Below are positions 20,490 through 31,319 of a stretch of DNA of 64,000 nt, one piece after another (the first letter of the stretch is position 1; each line of letters opens with the position of its first letter). The DNA lies in NCBI GenBank assembly GCA_918797485.1, contig CAKKNE010000001.1, positions 4,030,001 to 4,094,000 on the forward strand, read 5' to 3'. Origin of the DNA: Pelagomonas calceolata (taxonomy: Eukaryota). Position numbers and translations under genes: made by a program. The notes under the pieces were generated by a model. The model had not been told where the DNA came from. It did not search any database and saw only the letters and a program-made list of their open reading frames with translations.

Positions 20490-22745
20490 ATGGAGCCTCT
20501 CCCAACAACCTTAGACGCACTCCTGGCCCACGACGGAAAAGACGTCGGAACCGCGCTGCCCACGGAGGTGTGGGCGTCCACGTCGCAAGGCACGCTGCGC
20601 TGCTGGTCCGAAGGCGCGAAGCTGCGCCTCGAAAAGGCGACCGACGCGACCGCAGCGCCGGCCGACGCCGTCCTCATCGCATTCAAGTCCGCCGAGGCCG
20701 AGCGCGAGATGATCGATGGCCCGAAAGCACTCGTGGCCGCCGTGGCGGCGGGCAGAATCTCCGTCCGCGGCGACGTCGTGGCCCTGCGGCCGGCCGCCGA
20801 GCGCATCGTCGCGGCGCTGCAGCGGGGCGCGCCCATCGCCGTCGACGCGCCGGAAAAGCGCACGGATGGTGTTTTGGTGTACGCCGTGCGCGACGGCGAC
20901 CGGAGAGCCGCTCGGCGCTACCGAGAGTTCCGCGCGCTGCGCAAGCGGCTCGTCGCGACGGAGAACGGCCACGCGAAGGACGTCCTCAAGATCCCCTTCC
21001 CCGTCAAGGGCCCCGTGCTCCGGCCGGAGCGGCGCCGGCGAGCGCTCGACGCGTGGCTCCGCCGAGTCGCGGCGTTGCCTCTATCCGAGGATGGGGAAGA
21101 CGCGGTGCGCGCCTTCGCGGGCGACGACGACGCCGAGGCGCTGGACGCGCGGCTGGCAGCTTTAGAGAAGCGGGCGTTGGAGCCGGAGCTCGCCGCGGCG
21201 CGGTGCCTCGGCGCCGCGGTCATGTTGTTCTCGCGGGCCTTCGCTTTCTGCTCCTTCGTGGGCGTTTGTTTGCTCGTCGCCTGGCTGGCGCTGCGCGGCT
21301 CGGTCGTATCCGCGGCGGCCACGGCGCTCGCGTGCGGCCTCGCCTACGACTACGTGGGCCTCTACAAGTACTGCTACCGGCTGCCCGCGGCGTTGAGTTG
21401 TCTGTTTTGCTGGAAGCTGGCGCGCTCCTTCGAGGCGGCCCGAGGGAAGGAGGGCGACTTCCTGGACCCGTTCTCGCGCTCCATGCTCGCGTCGACAGAG
21501 CGGCGCTTGGCGGAGCGCATATCCGTGCGCCTCATCGGCGACGTCGTCGTGCGCCTGGCGCGGCTCGACAAGGGCCTGCTGGTGAAGGTCGGCCAAGTGC
21601 TCGCGTCGGGCAAAGGGGCGCTCGCGGACGAGCTCGTCGAGCCCCTGGCGTCTCTGTGCGACGACGTAGGCGCGATGCCCCTCACCAGCGCGAGGCGCAA
21701 GGCCCGGAAGGCCCCGAAGGCCGTCCGTGGTGCCTTACTGGCGAGCGACCTGGCCCGTCCGGTCGCGTCGGCGTCCATCGCGCAAGTCCACCGCGTGGGA
21801 AACGTGGCCGTCAAGATGCAGAAAAACGGCGTGAGGCACGCGTTCTGGGTCGACAAGCTCTGCCTCAAGTTCATCGCGCGGCTCGTCCAACGGTTGGAGC
21901 CGGCGGCGCCGGATTTATGCGACGTCATCGAGAGCCAGTACGTCAATTTCTGTCGAGAGATGCAGTTCGACGAGGAGGCTTCCGCGTTGAAGGATGCGCG
22001 GTCCGTGCTCGCGCACCGGGGCCACGCCGTCGTCGTCCCGGAGCCGCTGCACGAGGAAGGCCTGAGGGAGGGCATCCTGTGCATGCGCTGGGTCGCGGGC
22101 GAGAAGATCTCGGTCGTAAGTCCGCTGCTGACGAAGCGGCCCCGAGTCTTCCGCGACTGCGTTACGGCGCTGGTCGACGCGCACGCGTGCCTGCTGTTCC
22201 ACGGCGGCCTCGTGCACATGGACCCGCACCCGGGCAACGTGCTCATCGACGTCCGCGCCGACGCGGCCGTGCCCGTGTTGTTGGACTGGGGCATGCATCA
22301 ACGCCTCGAGGACTCGCAACGGTTGGGTATCGCCCGCGTCGTCGACGCCGTCGCGCGCGGCGCGGGCGACGAGCTGCCGGCGCTGTACGCGTCGCTGGGC
22401 GTCAAGCTCTCGGAGCACGTGCCGGCGTCGATGATCTTGCATTTCTGGAAATTCGTGCTGAGGCCGGCGACGACGGACCTCGGCAGGGACGTGGGCGCGA
22501 TCGAGAGCTTTCTCGAGGGCCACGGCGACCGCGTCAAAGAGTTACAGGAAGCTCTCGAAAAGGCCGGCGGCAACCAGGGGCCGATTGCTACTGGCCTCGG
22601 CCCGTTGTTGGGAACGGTCCGTTCGTTGGACTTGTTGCACGGCTTCGTCCTCGCGCTGCCGGTATCGGTCGACTTCCTCGGCATCTACGCGCGGCGGGCG
22701 CGCGAGGCCATAGAGGAGGCGCGTGTCGTCAACGACGCGTCGTGA
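20490..22745 (+). CDS. ABC1/UbiB atypical kinase with N-terminal SCP2-like and PX-like regions
   Basis: VKVGQ, PVASASIAQVH, VAVKMQ, HMDPHPGNVL, LLDWG; RRYREFRAL..PFP.K. Confidence 0.85.
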   Translation: MEPLPTTLDALLAHDGKDVGTALPTEVWASTSQGTLRCWSEGAKLRLEKATDATAAPADAVLIAFKSAEAEREMIDGPKALVAAVAAGRISVRGDVVALRPAAERIVAALQRGAPIAVDAPEKRTDGVLVYAVRDGDRRAARRYREFRALRKRLVATENGHAKDVLKIPFPVKGPVLRPERRRRALDAWLRRVAALPLSEDGEDAVRAFAGDDDAEALDARLAALEKRALEPELAAARCLGAAVMLFSRAFAFCSFVGVCLLVAWLALRGSVVSAAATALACGLAYDYVGLYKYCYRLPAALSCLFCWKLARSFEAARGKEGDFLDPFSRSMLASTERRLAERISVRLIGDVVVRLARLDKGLLVKVGQVLASGKGALADELVEPLASLCDDVGAMPLTSARRKARKAPKAVRGALLASDLARPVASASIAQVHRVGNVAVKMQKNGVRHAFWVDKLCLKFIARLVQRLEPAAPDLCDVIESQYVNFCREMQFDEEASALKDARSVLAHRGHAVVVPEPLHEEGLREGILCMRWVAGEKISVVSPLLTKRPRVFRDCVTALVDAHACLLFHGGLVHMDPHPGNVLIDVRADAAVPVLLDWGMHQRLEDSQRLGIARVVDAVARGAGDELPALYASLGVKLSEHVPASMILHFWKFVLRPATTDLGRDVGAIESFLEGHGDRVKELQEALEKAGGNQGPIATGLGPLLGTVRSLDLLHGFVLALPVSVDFLGIYARRAREAIEEARVVNDAS

Positions 22746-23097
22746 GGCGCTGTGTTTGTTATGGATATAAGAGATGTACTCAGGCTCAGGCTAGTTACGT
22801 CGCGGGGTCCCCCGTACCCCTCCCGCTCCCCCCGGGCCCACCCGTCCGGCTGGACTAGGACGCAAGGGCTGAGTCACAGGGTACTATTGCTAGTGCCTTA
22901 CACCCGCTAGCTAAATCACGCGCACGCCCCCGTCATCAACGTGTAACTCACGAGCACTTGCATCGTTTTTGACCGCACTCGGCGAAACGCTCCCACTGGT
23001 TCACGCGTCGAAGGAATCGTTGCAAATTCCACGCGTTCGCTAGCACACAGCTCAAAAATACAGCAAAAACCATCATTGTACTGCATCCCTGAACATA

Positions 23098-24100
23098 ATG
23101 CAGCTCAAAGCCATCAATGGCATCATCGCATTGGCATGCGCCACCAAAGCGCTGCAGCGGCCACGCGTCATCATTGCGCCCGCGCAATTCGGCGTGCCGA
23201 AGGATTACGACGACCTGAGCGCGTTGCTCCGGCAGCGCGGCCACACCGTCGCGTGCGCGCCGCTGAGTCGACTCTCGTGGCTGCGAATCGTGCCATCGGT
23301 TTTCACCGAAGCGTTTTTCAAGGGCGAGCTCAAGCCGCAGGGCACCCTGGACTTCTTCTTCGAGGCGCTCGACGCGGCCGTCGCGGACGTGGGGCCGGAC
23401 GAAGACATAGCAATCCTAGGCCACAGCATCGGCGGCTGGGTGGCCCGCGCGTGGGTCGTCGACCGGGGCGAGCAGCGCGTCAAGCGCTTCGTGACGCTGG
23501 GCACGCCGCACAACGAGCCCCCGGAGGGCCTGTTCTCGAACATCGACCAGACGAGAGGTTTACTGAAATACGTCCGCGCGAACTGCCCGCCGGACGCGTC
23601 CATTTTCACGTGCGTCGCGGGCACGGCCACGTCGACCGCCGCGCTCGGCGACGTCTTCAAGCTCGATGCGTGGGACGAAGAGTTGAGGCGGAGCCCGCTG
23701 CTCGAGGCGCTGGTCTCGTTGCCGTCCTACCTGGCGCTCTCCGGGAAGAACCCGTTCGGCGTCAAGGGCGACGGCCTCATCCCCGTGGCGACGGCCAGTG
23801 CGGAAATCAACTAGTGCGTCAGGCCGGCCTGGAGGTATTATTTGCTATTCTGGCCGCCTCGACGCAGCGCGAGAGTGCTTGGCGTCCTCGCACGAGGCGT
23901 CTTGGGCTTACTCGCCCGAACGTTTGATTTCCGCACAGGCGACGGCCTGCCTCGCGGACTGCCCGTCCATCGAGGTCGACTGCCACCACAGCGACTTCGT
24001 CCCGACGGCGCTGGACTCGATCCGCCTGCCGGAGACGTACCCCTGGTACGGGTCGCCCGCGGTCTTCGAGGCCTGGGCCGACGCCCTAAGCATCAACTAG
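23098..24100 (+). CDS. Alpha/beta hydrolase (PGAP1/lipase-like); 2 exons (23098-23787, 23939-24100)
   Basis: GHSIGG nucleophile elbow, VTLGTPH, GDGLIPV; probable catalytic His lies in exon 2. Confidence 0.85.
23788..23938 (+). mobile_element. Introner of a different subfamily (151-nt GC-AG intron)
   Basis: TIRs CAGTGCGGAAATCAA / TTGATTTCCGCACAG; perfect TSD GCGACGGC at 23788-23795 and 23939-23946; different interior. Confidence 0.93.
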
Positions 24101-24335
24101 GCTTACGCGGCTTCTTCGGCCGGTAGACGGCGCCGTCCCAGTCGGGGTCCCGCCCGACGTCTCTGGACCCGGAGTTCATGAACTGGCCGCGCTGCACCTG
24201 GGACCCCGTCAGCTCGCCTTCTTTGGCCGTCAGCGACCCGCCCATGCGATTCCTGATCCACATCGGCACCGCGAACATCGTGCCGGCGAGTGTTACAACG
24301 CCGACGAGGGTCAGCGCCTTGCCGCGCGCGGACAT
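24093..24335 (-). CDS. Small single-TM protein
   Basis: 80 aa, N-terminal TM, Q.QRG.FMNSGSRDVG.DPDW segment; coding-like codon usage. Confidence 0.7.
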   Translation of the reverse strand: MSARGKALTLVGVVTLAGTMFAVPMWIRNRMGGSLTAKEGELTGSQVQRGQFMNSGSRDVGRDPDWDGAVYRPKKPRKPS

Positions 24336-24754
24336 CGCGTCGGCGGCGTCGGGGGCGGTGCGACTTTTATATGTCGCACGCGTTTAGCCTTTAGTTATCG
24401 CGTCGATAGCGTCGAGCCGGTGTCGCGCCGCGAACGACTGCGATCACTGCGGCTGAGAAGCAGGGTGGTGCTTTGGAGCTTGCCCACTGCGCCCGGTGAG
24501 CGTTCAAAGATCCGAAATTTTCAAGCAGCGCTGCTGCAAGTGCGAGTTTCTTCGCACGTATCGTAGCCAGCCAGCGCGTACAGCTCGAGCGCGACGGCAG
24601 AAAAGCTAGCGGCCTATAAAGGCACTAGGAATAGCTGGGCTGCTTCCGCCTCACGCTGCTGCTGCCCCGGCTGCACCGCATTGGTAGACGAGTCGTGCAC
24701 ATGCATGCCGGCAACGAATAACAAAAAGATTTGAGCGCTATGGCACGTTAAAAC

Positions 24755-26900
24755 ATGAAAGGCCATCATCACCGGCGCCGCAACAGCGCCGTGCGCCTCT
24801 TCGTGGCGACGTGGGTCTTCATCGCGGCGCTATGCACCGCGGCCGTGCTGACCACGTGGGCCACGACGAGCGACGAACCGGTGCACAGCGCGCGGCCGCC
24901 GCCCCCGCGGCTTGACGACACGCGCCGCGCCGTCGCCCTGGCCCTGGCGCCCTGCGCCCCGGAGATGCAACTGTGCACCGCGGTGACGCGGGATCCCTTC
25001 CCGCGAGCGACCGGGACCGCAAAGGACGCCACGGTGACGGCGGAGATGCGATCCGTCCTCGGGCGAACGCTCGCGACGATCCGAGACGACGGCGCGGGCG
25101 ACCTCCGGCCGGCGCCGGCGCCGCGCGCGACGTGCGTCGTGCCGACACGGGACGGCACCTTCGCCCAGAGGTTGGCCGCCTGGGCGGCGCAGCAGGCGCC
25201 CGGCCGCGTCGTCTTCACGGTCGCGGACGCGAACTACGCCGAGTACATGGCCGACGCGCGGCTCGACACCTCCCGGACGTTCGGGACCAATCTCTTAGTG
25301 GTCGCCCTCGACGAGGCCGCCGCGGTCGCCGCGTGCGCCGCGGGCTGCGCCGTCGTCCGGTTCGGCGGCGGCAAGGGCAAGGACGCGATCTACGAGGCCA
25401 AGTACGGCACGCTGCACCTCCTGCTCTCGCTGAAACGGGACGCGACGTTCCGGGAGATGGACGTCTGGCACCTGCGCGACCCGGCGGCGGGTACGAAGGA
25501 GGCGGACGTCGTGTTCAGCGTGCACCAGGACAACCCCTACAACATCAACGCGGGCTGGATCCACGCGCGCGGCGGTGTGGATACGGCGCGTTTGTTTGAG
25601 GACCTCGTGAAATACCTGAAATTAAACCCAAAGGCCTTCGACCAGCAGGTCCTGAACTGCATGGTGTCCGTGTCGTCGGCGCGGGACGAGTGCGACGCCA
25701 AGGGCGTCGCCGCGCAGGATCCCATCCTGCGGCGGTGGACGACGCCGCCGGCGCGGGTGACGCACGCGACCATCGGCCCCGACGTCCTCGTGGCCCACGC
25801 CCGGCCCTACGTCATGGCCTGTGCATAAATCAAATTGTCGAGGCGCGTCTCCGCCACTGCCGAATCATGACCTCCACGCCATCGACGCGACCGCCGGCTC
25901 GATGGCGTGGCGGTGTGGTCTCTTACCGCTCGATTCAGTCATCAAGGTCGCGCGTTCTCGCCGAGAAATGACTTAGTGAAGAATTATCAGGTATCCGACT
26001 CACTGTTTGATTGGCGCACAGGTCATGGCGGCCACGAGGGCGGTGCACGTGCTGACGACGATCCCGCTGACCGACGCGCGGGGCAAGACCGACGTCGCGC
26101 GCGAGCTCATGCTCTGGCCGGGCGCGCGGGACTACTATAGGGTCGGCGCGGGCCACCGCTACCTCGCGGTGCGCGGGGGCGTGCTCTCGACGTCGTCGCC
26201 GCACCACTTCCACGAGTGGCGCTGGGTCAACGCCGCCCTGACGGAGCTGGTCTGGCTGGCGCGGCTGACGGGCCGCGTGCTGGTCTGGCCGCGCATCTTC
26301 GATTTCCAGCAGTACCACCACGCGGCGGACCACGTGGATTTGCGCAGCGTCGAGGAGGTGCTGGGCGGCTGGCGGAGTTGGCGCGAGTCGACGTTCTTCG
26401 CGAACCCGCGGCTCGACGTGGCAGATGACGCGACCTACGCGTCCCTCGCGCTCCGCGGGTCGCGGGCGACGGTCACGCGGCGCAACCACTTCGACGGGCC
26501 GCCCGTCAACGCGCGGTCGTACGTGGTGAAGAAGACCGTTGACACGTGGGCCGTCGCCCTCGCGGACCCCGACCTGCGCGACGCGTCCGTCGTGACGGTC
26601 GACGTCGACGCGGCCGCGTTCCCCCTGAGCGACTGCTTCCACATGCGCGGAAGTTCCTGGTCCTGCGCCTCGTCCGTGAGCGCGGGGCGGGTCCCCCGCG
26701 AGCTCGCCCTGGTCCAGGCCAAGCTGAACTGGTGCCGCCAAAAATTAGGCTTCGACCACGCCAAGGCGCCGAACGGCGACGCCGCGCCCGTGGGCTACCA
26801 GCCCTCGAAGACGTGCGCCGTCCGCCTCGCGACAGGACTGGTGCGGAAGGCGCCGATCGCCCTTCCGGTGCCCGGGCGGAACTCGGCCGTAGAGAGTTAA
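24755..26900 (+). CDS. Nucleotide-diphospho-sugar transferase (GT77-like) type II membrane protein; 2 exons (24755-25810, 26022-26900)
   Basis: LVVALD, EMDVWHLRDP, NINAGW, FDQQVLN. Confidence 0.75.
25811..26021 (+). mobile_element. Introner (211-nt GT-AG intron)
   Basis: Diverged TIRs spanning 25819-26021; perfect TSD GTCATGGC at 25811-25818 and 26022-26029. Confidence 0.93.
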
Positions 26901-26966
26901 TTATTGTGTTGAACAGTTCGTTCGTTCAGTTGTTCAGTTCACAGACATTACTCGCAAAAATTCAAT

Positions 26967-28742
26967 TCACGCCGCCGCCGCGGCCGACTTGTGCTCGCGC
27001 CGCATGCGCTCGAACATGAGATCCGTCTTCACGCCGGAGACGACGTGCGACGGGTCGCGCGGCTCAGTGATGGCGACGTCGCGGCGAGGAGGCGCATCAC
27101 CCCGTACGACGACCTTATTCTTGCCCTCGAAGCGCAGATATTCGAGCGTGGCGCCGGCCTTCGCCGCCAGGTAGTCGCAGAACTCGGCCGTCGTCCGCAC
27201 GGCCGCGGGCCGGTTCGGAAACAGGTCCGCGAAGACACAACAGGGCACGACGGCAAAGGGCTTCCCGTACTTGAGCGCGGCGTCGACGGCGGCCTCGGTG
27301 GCCTCGTCGGCGTGGAGGGCCACGATGGCCGAACAGCTTTCCAGTAACGCGCGACCTGTGTGGAAATCAACCAGTGCGTCGGGTGCACCCGACAATTCTT
27401 CACTAAGTCATTTCTCGGCGATGACGCGGCCGTCCTGGCTCGGTCGAGCGGTGGGGAACCGGCATCGCCACGCCATCGAGCAGGCGTCGCGTCGCTGGCG
27501 TGGAGGACGACGCGATGATTCCGCACGAACGCGCCGTAAAATTTTGATTTCCACACAGCGCGCGACCCTGTTCCGAAGCCTCGAACGCAGGATCCAGCAG
27601 CGCCTCGACGCGTCGCGGATTCCGGGCCATCAGCTGGTCCCGGGGCGACGAGTCCGGAGTGAGCGCCGCGAGCCGCTTCCGCAGGAGCTTCCGCCGGCTC
27701 TTGCGCGGGACCTTGGCCGAGCGCGGGTCGAGCGACACCGCCCGGAGCCCGTGGACGCACTGGAGCTCCCAGGCGAGCTGGCCTCGGCCGCCGGCCACCT
27801 GTGTGGAAATCAAAATTTTACGGTGCGTTCCTGAATCGCCGCGTCGTCCTCCACGCCATCGATGCGACGCCTGCTCGATGGCGTAGCGATGCCGGTTCCT
27901 CACCGCTCGACCGAGCCAGGTCGGCCGCGTCATCGCCGAGAAATGACTTAGTGAAGAATTGTGCACCCGACGCACTGGTTGATTTCCACACAGCCGGCCA
28001 CGTCGAGCACGGGCCCCGCCTCGAGCAGACTCCGTCCAAATCTATGCAAGATCCACGCGCCGAACTCCACGTGCCGCGCCGCGTGCCGCCGCTTACGGTT
28101 GTCGTCGCCGGGCACGAAGCGCCAGGCGTTCTTATTGGCATACTTGTCGTACGCCGCGAACGGGTCCGCCGCGTCCTGCTTGAGGTCGTGGTCCCGCCTC
28201 AATCTTAACCGCCGGCCCCACGTCTCCTCGAACGCGTCGCGAAACGCGTGCCGGTAGGGGCAGTTTTTCGTCGTGCACGCGTCGCCGCGCGCCCACACTT
28301 TACAAAGCACGTCCTTCTTCTCCCTTGTATCCGGGTTCTTCGCCGGCTTCTCCGCCGATGGCCTTTCCGTCAGGACCGCAAGCGCGTCGCAGCGCAACGC
28401 CCGGAGGCCTCGCCGCGAGCACGCGGGCTCTTCCCGCGCCTCGACGACGACGACGTCGGCCCGTTCGGCCGCCGGGGGGAACGTCGCGGCGGCGCACGCG
28501 AGCTGCCACTCGTCGTCCCGGCCCGTCCTCACGACGTCGAGGAACACGAGGTTCTTGCCGAGCCGCCGCCATCGTACTAACTTCGCTTCGAAGCGCTCGA
28601 GTGGTGCTTCGGTAGTTGCGGCGAGCGTGCGCTCCCAGCGCTGGGTCTTGTGGGTTGCAGCAGTGGGGCTCTCTGCGGGCACTGATGCGTTTTTGACGGG
28701 CACAGGCGTGGTGGTCGCCAGCACAGCAGTGGTGGTCGACAT
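26967..28742 (-). CDS. OB-fold-like + CCCH zinc finger + SAM-dependent methyltransferase; 3 exons (28742-28002, 27798-27567, 27355-26967)
   Basis: RRLGKNLVFLDV; CKVW...C...NCPYRH; spliced VLDVAGGRG motif I; LHADEATE, KPFAVVPCCVF. Confidence 0.8.
27356..27566 (-). mobile_element. Introner (211-nt GT-AG intron)
   Basis: Perfect TIRs spanning 27356-27558; TSD CGCGCGAC at 27348-27355 and 27559-27566. Confidence 0.95.
27799..28001 (-). mobile_element. Introner in opposite orientation (203-nt GT-AG intron)
   Basis: Perfect TIRs spanning 27799-27993; TSD CCGGCCAC at 27791-27798 and 27994-28001. Confidence 0.95.
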
Positions 28743-28950
28743 TTTGCACCGCAGAATGGTCGCTTAGAGCAGCTCTTGGCCAGTTGCATGCGAAAACTAG
28801 TGTTAATATCGCTAACACCCAAAAAATAATAAAGCAGACAAGGCCCCTTCAGCGTGGCAGACCGTAGCGTACGGGGCATTGTTTGCCCACCGAACGTCGG
28901 CTGCTGACCTCCTGCGTCCAGCCCGCAGCCGTGTTTGTCTCCCAAACACC

Positions 28951-29631
28951 ATGGGGCAGCGCAAGATCACCATTGTCTGGACTGGTGACGAGAAGCTGAG
29001 GCTCCGTTTTACCATTCCCGCAGGCTGGGACGAACTACGGGCCTGGAAGCTTGCAGAGTTGCTCCTGGAGCGCCTCGAAGGGCAGCCCCGCGCCGTCGAT
29101 GACGTCACGATGTCGCGGCGGGGTGGGGCTCCGCTCCCGCCGGACGCGCTCATCTCTACACTGGCCGAGGGCGAGTGCGTGCGTGTGGCGCCGCGGCCGA
29201 CGGTGACGCAGGCAAAGGAAGAGGCGCCACCGGTCGCGGCGCCGTGCCTGGCGAAAGTCGAGACAAGAGTACCGATGGCCGGCGTAGCCATCGAGTGCGA
29301 CCTCGTGAATGAAAAGGCGCCTGACATCTCCCTGACCGTCGTGGACGAGCTTTCGAAGCAACGGCACGCATTCACGTACAAAGCGGACCAGCCGGTGAGG
29401 GACGTGAAGCGGGATCTCAGAGACGCGGAGGCGCCGCGGTATCGCTTCGAGGCGCACATGGGGTCGCTATTCCTCGAGGTCGACGGCGCGTCGAAGCTGC
29501 TCGACGACTTCGGCAGTCTCTCCGAGCAAGGCGTCGTCTCTGGGTCTACGCTGAGGCACGTCGTCGTCTTACCGACGAAACTCCAAAGGACCGCCGTCGA
29601 CACGTGCCCCGGCCCCTACCCCTCATATTGA
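28951..29631 (+). CDS. Hypothetical protein, possibly with ubiquitin-like domains
   Basis: Clean ORF; V.DVKR.L and LLDD..SL.EQGV..GS.L resemble the Ubl pattern. Confidence 0.55.
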   Translation: MGQRKITIVWTGDEKLRLRFTIPAGWDELRAWKLAELLLERLEGQPRAVDDVTMSRRGGAPLPPDALISTLAEGECVRVAPRPTVTQAKEEAPPVAAPCLAKVETRVPMAGVAIECDLVNEKAPDISLTVVDELSKQRHAFTYKADQPVRDVKRDLRDAEAPRYRFEAHMGSLFLEVDGASKLLDDFGSLSEQGVVSGSTLRHVVVLPTKLQRTAVDTCPGPYPSY

Positions 29632-29698
29632 TTATATTAACACTCAGTTAGATACAGATACGACAGAGGCGACGCAACGCCTCGCTTGCACAGTCCGG

Positions 29699-31048
29699 CT
29701 AGTGCTTCGCCGCCTCGTTGACCTCCGCGGCCCAGCGCACCCACTTCTCCCGCGACTCGGCCGCGTGCGCGCCGTCCATATGAGGCGACACGACGCGCGC
29801 GCCGATGCGCGCGTAGTCCTGGCACGCCTGCATGGTCTTGACGTGCTCGCCCTCGTCGATGGCGATGTTCGTGAAGACGTCGAGCAGCGTCGCGCAGTCG
29901 GGACGGCGCGTCTCCGGCGGCGTCGAGACCTGGAAGTCGTCGAAGAGATACAAGTCGCCCGACGAGTAGTACGACGTCGCGACGGCGGGCGCCGGTAACC
30001 TGTGCGCAATCAATCAGTGAGTTGGGTGGATCCGTCGAGCAGCGCCGCGTTAATGAGAAGCGCAGCGAAATCTGATTTGTGCACTGCCAGTAACTCCGCC
30101 AGCCGCTCGCGGTTTTGGACGACGAACGTGCCGTACGTGTCGACGGCATGCGCCTCTAGCAGTTCCATGAACTGGTACGCGATCCTAGGACTGAAAAAGA
30201 ATACGACGTTGAGGATCCAATAGTACCCAATCGCGACGTGGTAGCCCAGGAAGCGGTCGGACCACAGCGAATTCCCCCCGAGCGCCTCCATGATCAGGAG
30301 GTGGTGCCTGTGTGGAAATCAAATTTGCGGACGCCCCATCGACGCGACGTCGTCCCCGTAACGGCACCACAATTCTCACTGGTTGATTTCACACAGGGCG
30401 GTGCAACTCGTTCCACTCCTCCGCGTTGTGGACCTTGCGTAATTCTGGGCCGCGCCACCACCCGAAGGACTCGTAGAGGTGCAGCATCGAGACGTACGAG
30501 AAGTAGGGAATCCGCGCGATGACCTCCAGGAACCAGAAGCGTTGTATGGGCCGCTCGTCGAAGAGCGTGTCCAAGAACAGGCACCCCACATCATAGAGCT
30601 TGCGCGACACGGGGTGCGCGTCGACGCGGCCGCCCGACGCCTCGCGTTTCCGCTCGGCCTCCGTCACGGCCTCGTTCGACAGGACGAGGCCCAGCGACGC
30701 GGGCACGGCGCCCGGGTCCCGCTTCTGGAGCCCGATGCTTTCGGCCACCTGTCCTAGGATCGTCGCGCCCTGCTTGAGAAAGTTCGTCTGCGCGAGCTCC
30801 CACGCCGGCGCAGGGCGGTCTCCATCAAAATAGTTGGCCTGCTCGACGTAGTTCGGCATCGTTGTGGTCGTCTTGGTCGTCGTCACGGCGTCGGCGTCCG
30901 CGAGCTCGGCCTCCTTCGCGTCGATGAGCTGCGTAATCGTGTCACCGTCGTCGTGCGCTGCGCGGCGCGTCAATGCATGGCGACGGGCCGGCACGACGAA
31001 TGCCGTCGCGGATGCCGATACGGCGACGACGGCCAGGAAACTTCGCAT
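29699..31048 (-). CDS. PTOX: Plastid terminal oxidase (AOX/PTOX di-iron family); 3 exons (31048-30405, 30307-30095, 29999-29699)
   Basis: RFWFLEVIARIPYFSY..MLHLYE, EEWNELHHLLIME.LGG, E.HAVDTY, DEGEH; ATA-FVVP presequence; spliced CDS 1158 nt. Confidence 0.93.
30000..30094 (-). mobile_element. Short, aged introner (95-nt GT-AG intron)
   Basis: Degenerate TIRs spanning 30000-30086; TSD CCGGTAAC / CCAGTAAC (1 mismatch). Confidence 0.88.
30308..30404 (-). mobile_element. Short introner (97-nt GC-AG intron)
   Basis: TIRs spanning 30308-30396; TSD GGTGGTGC / GGCGGTGC (1 mismatch). Confidence 0.9.
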
Positions 31049-31319
31049 GCCAGCCTTGTTGTTCTCACTGTGCACGTGACCGCAGAGCTTCGGAGTCGCT
31101 GTGCTTGACAAGCGTGGCTGTGGAAGTACGTGCAGCTTGCCAGCTGGTTCAGAACGACTTGACAGCGTTCTTGAGGTCAATATGCTTATCTGATGCAAAA
31201 AAAATAATCCTAGTTAATTCCACTAGCCCACAAAAGCGTCAAGCAAGGCAAGCTTGCCTGCGCTGCGTACGGCAGCGCACTGGCCACGCGTACCAAAGGA
31301 ATAAGCAGTCGCCATCGAT

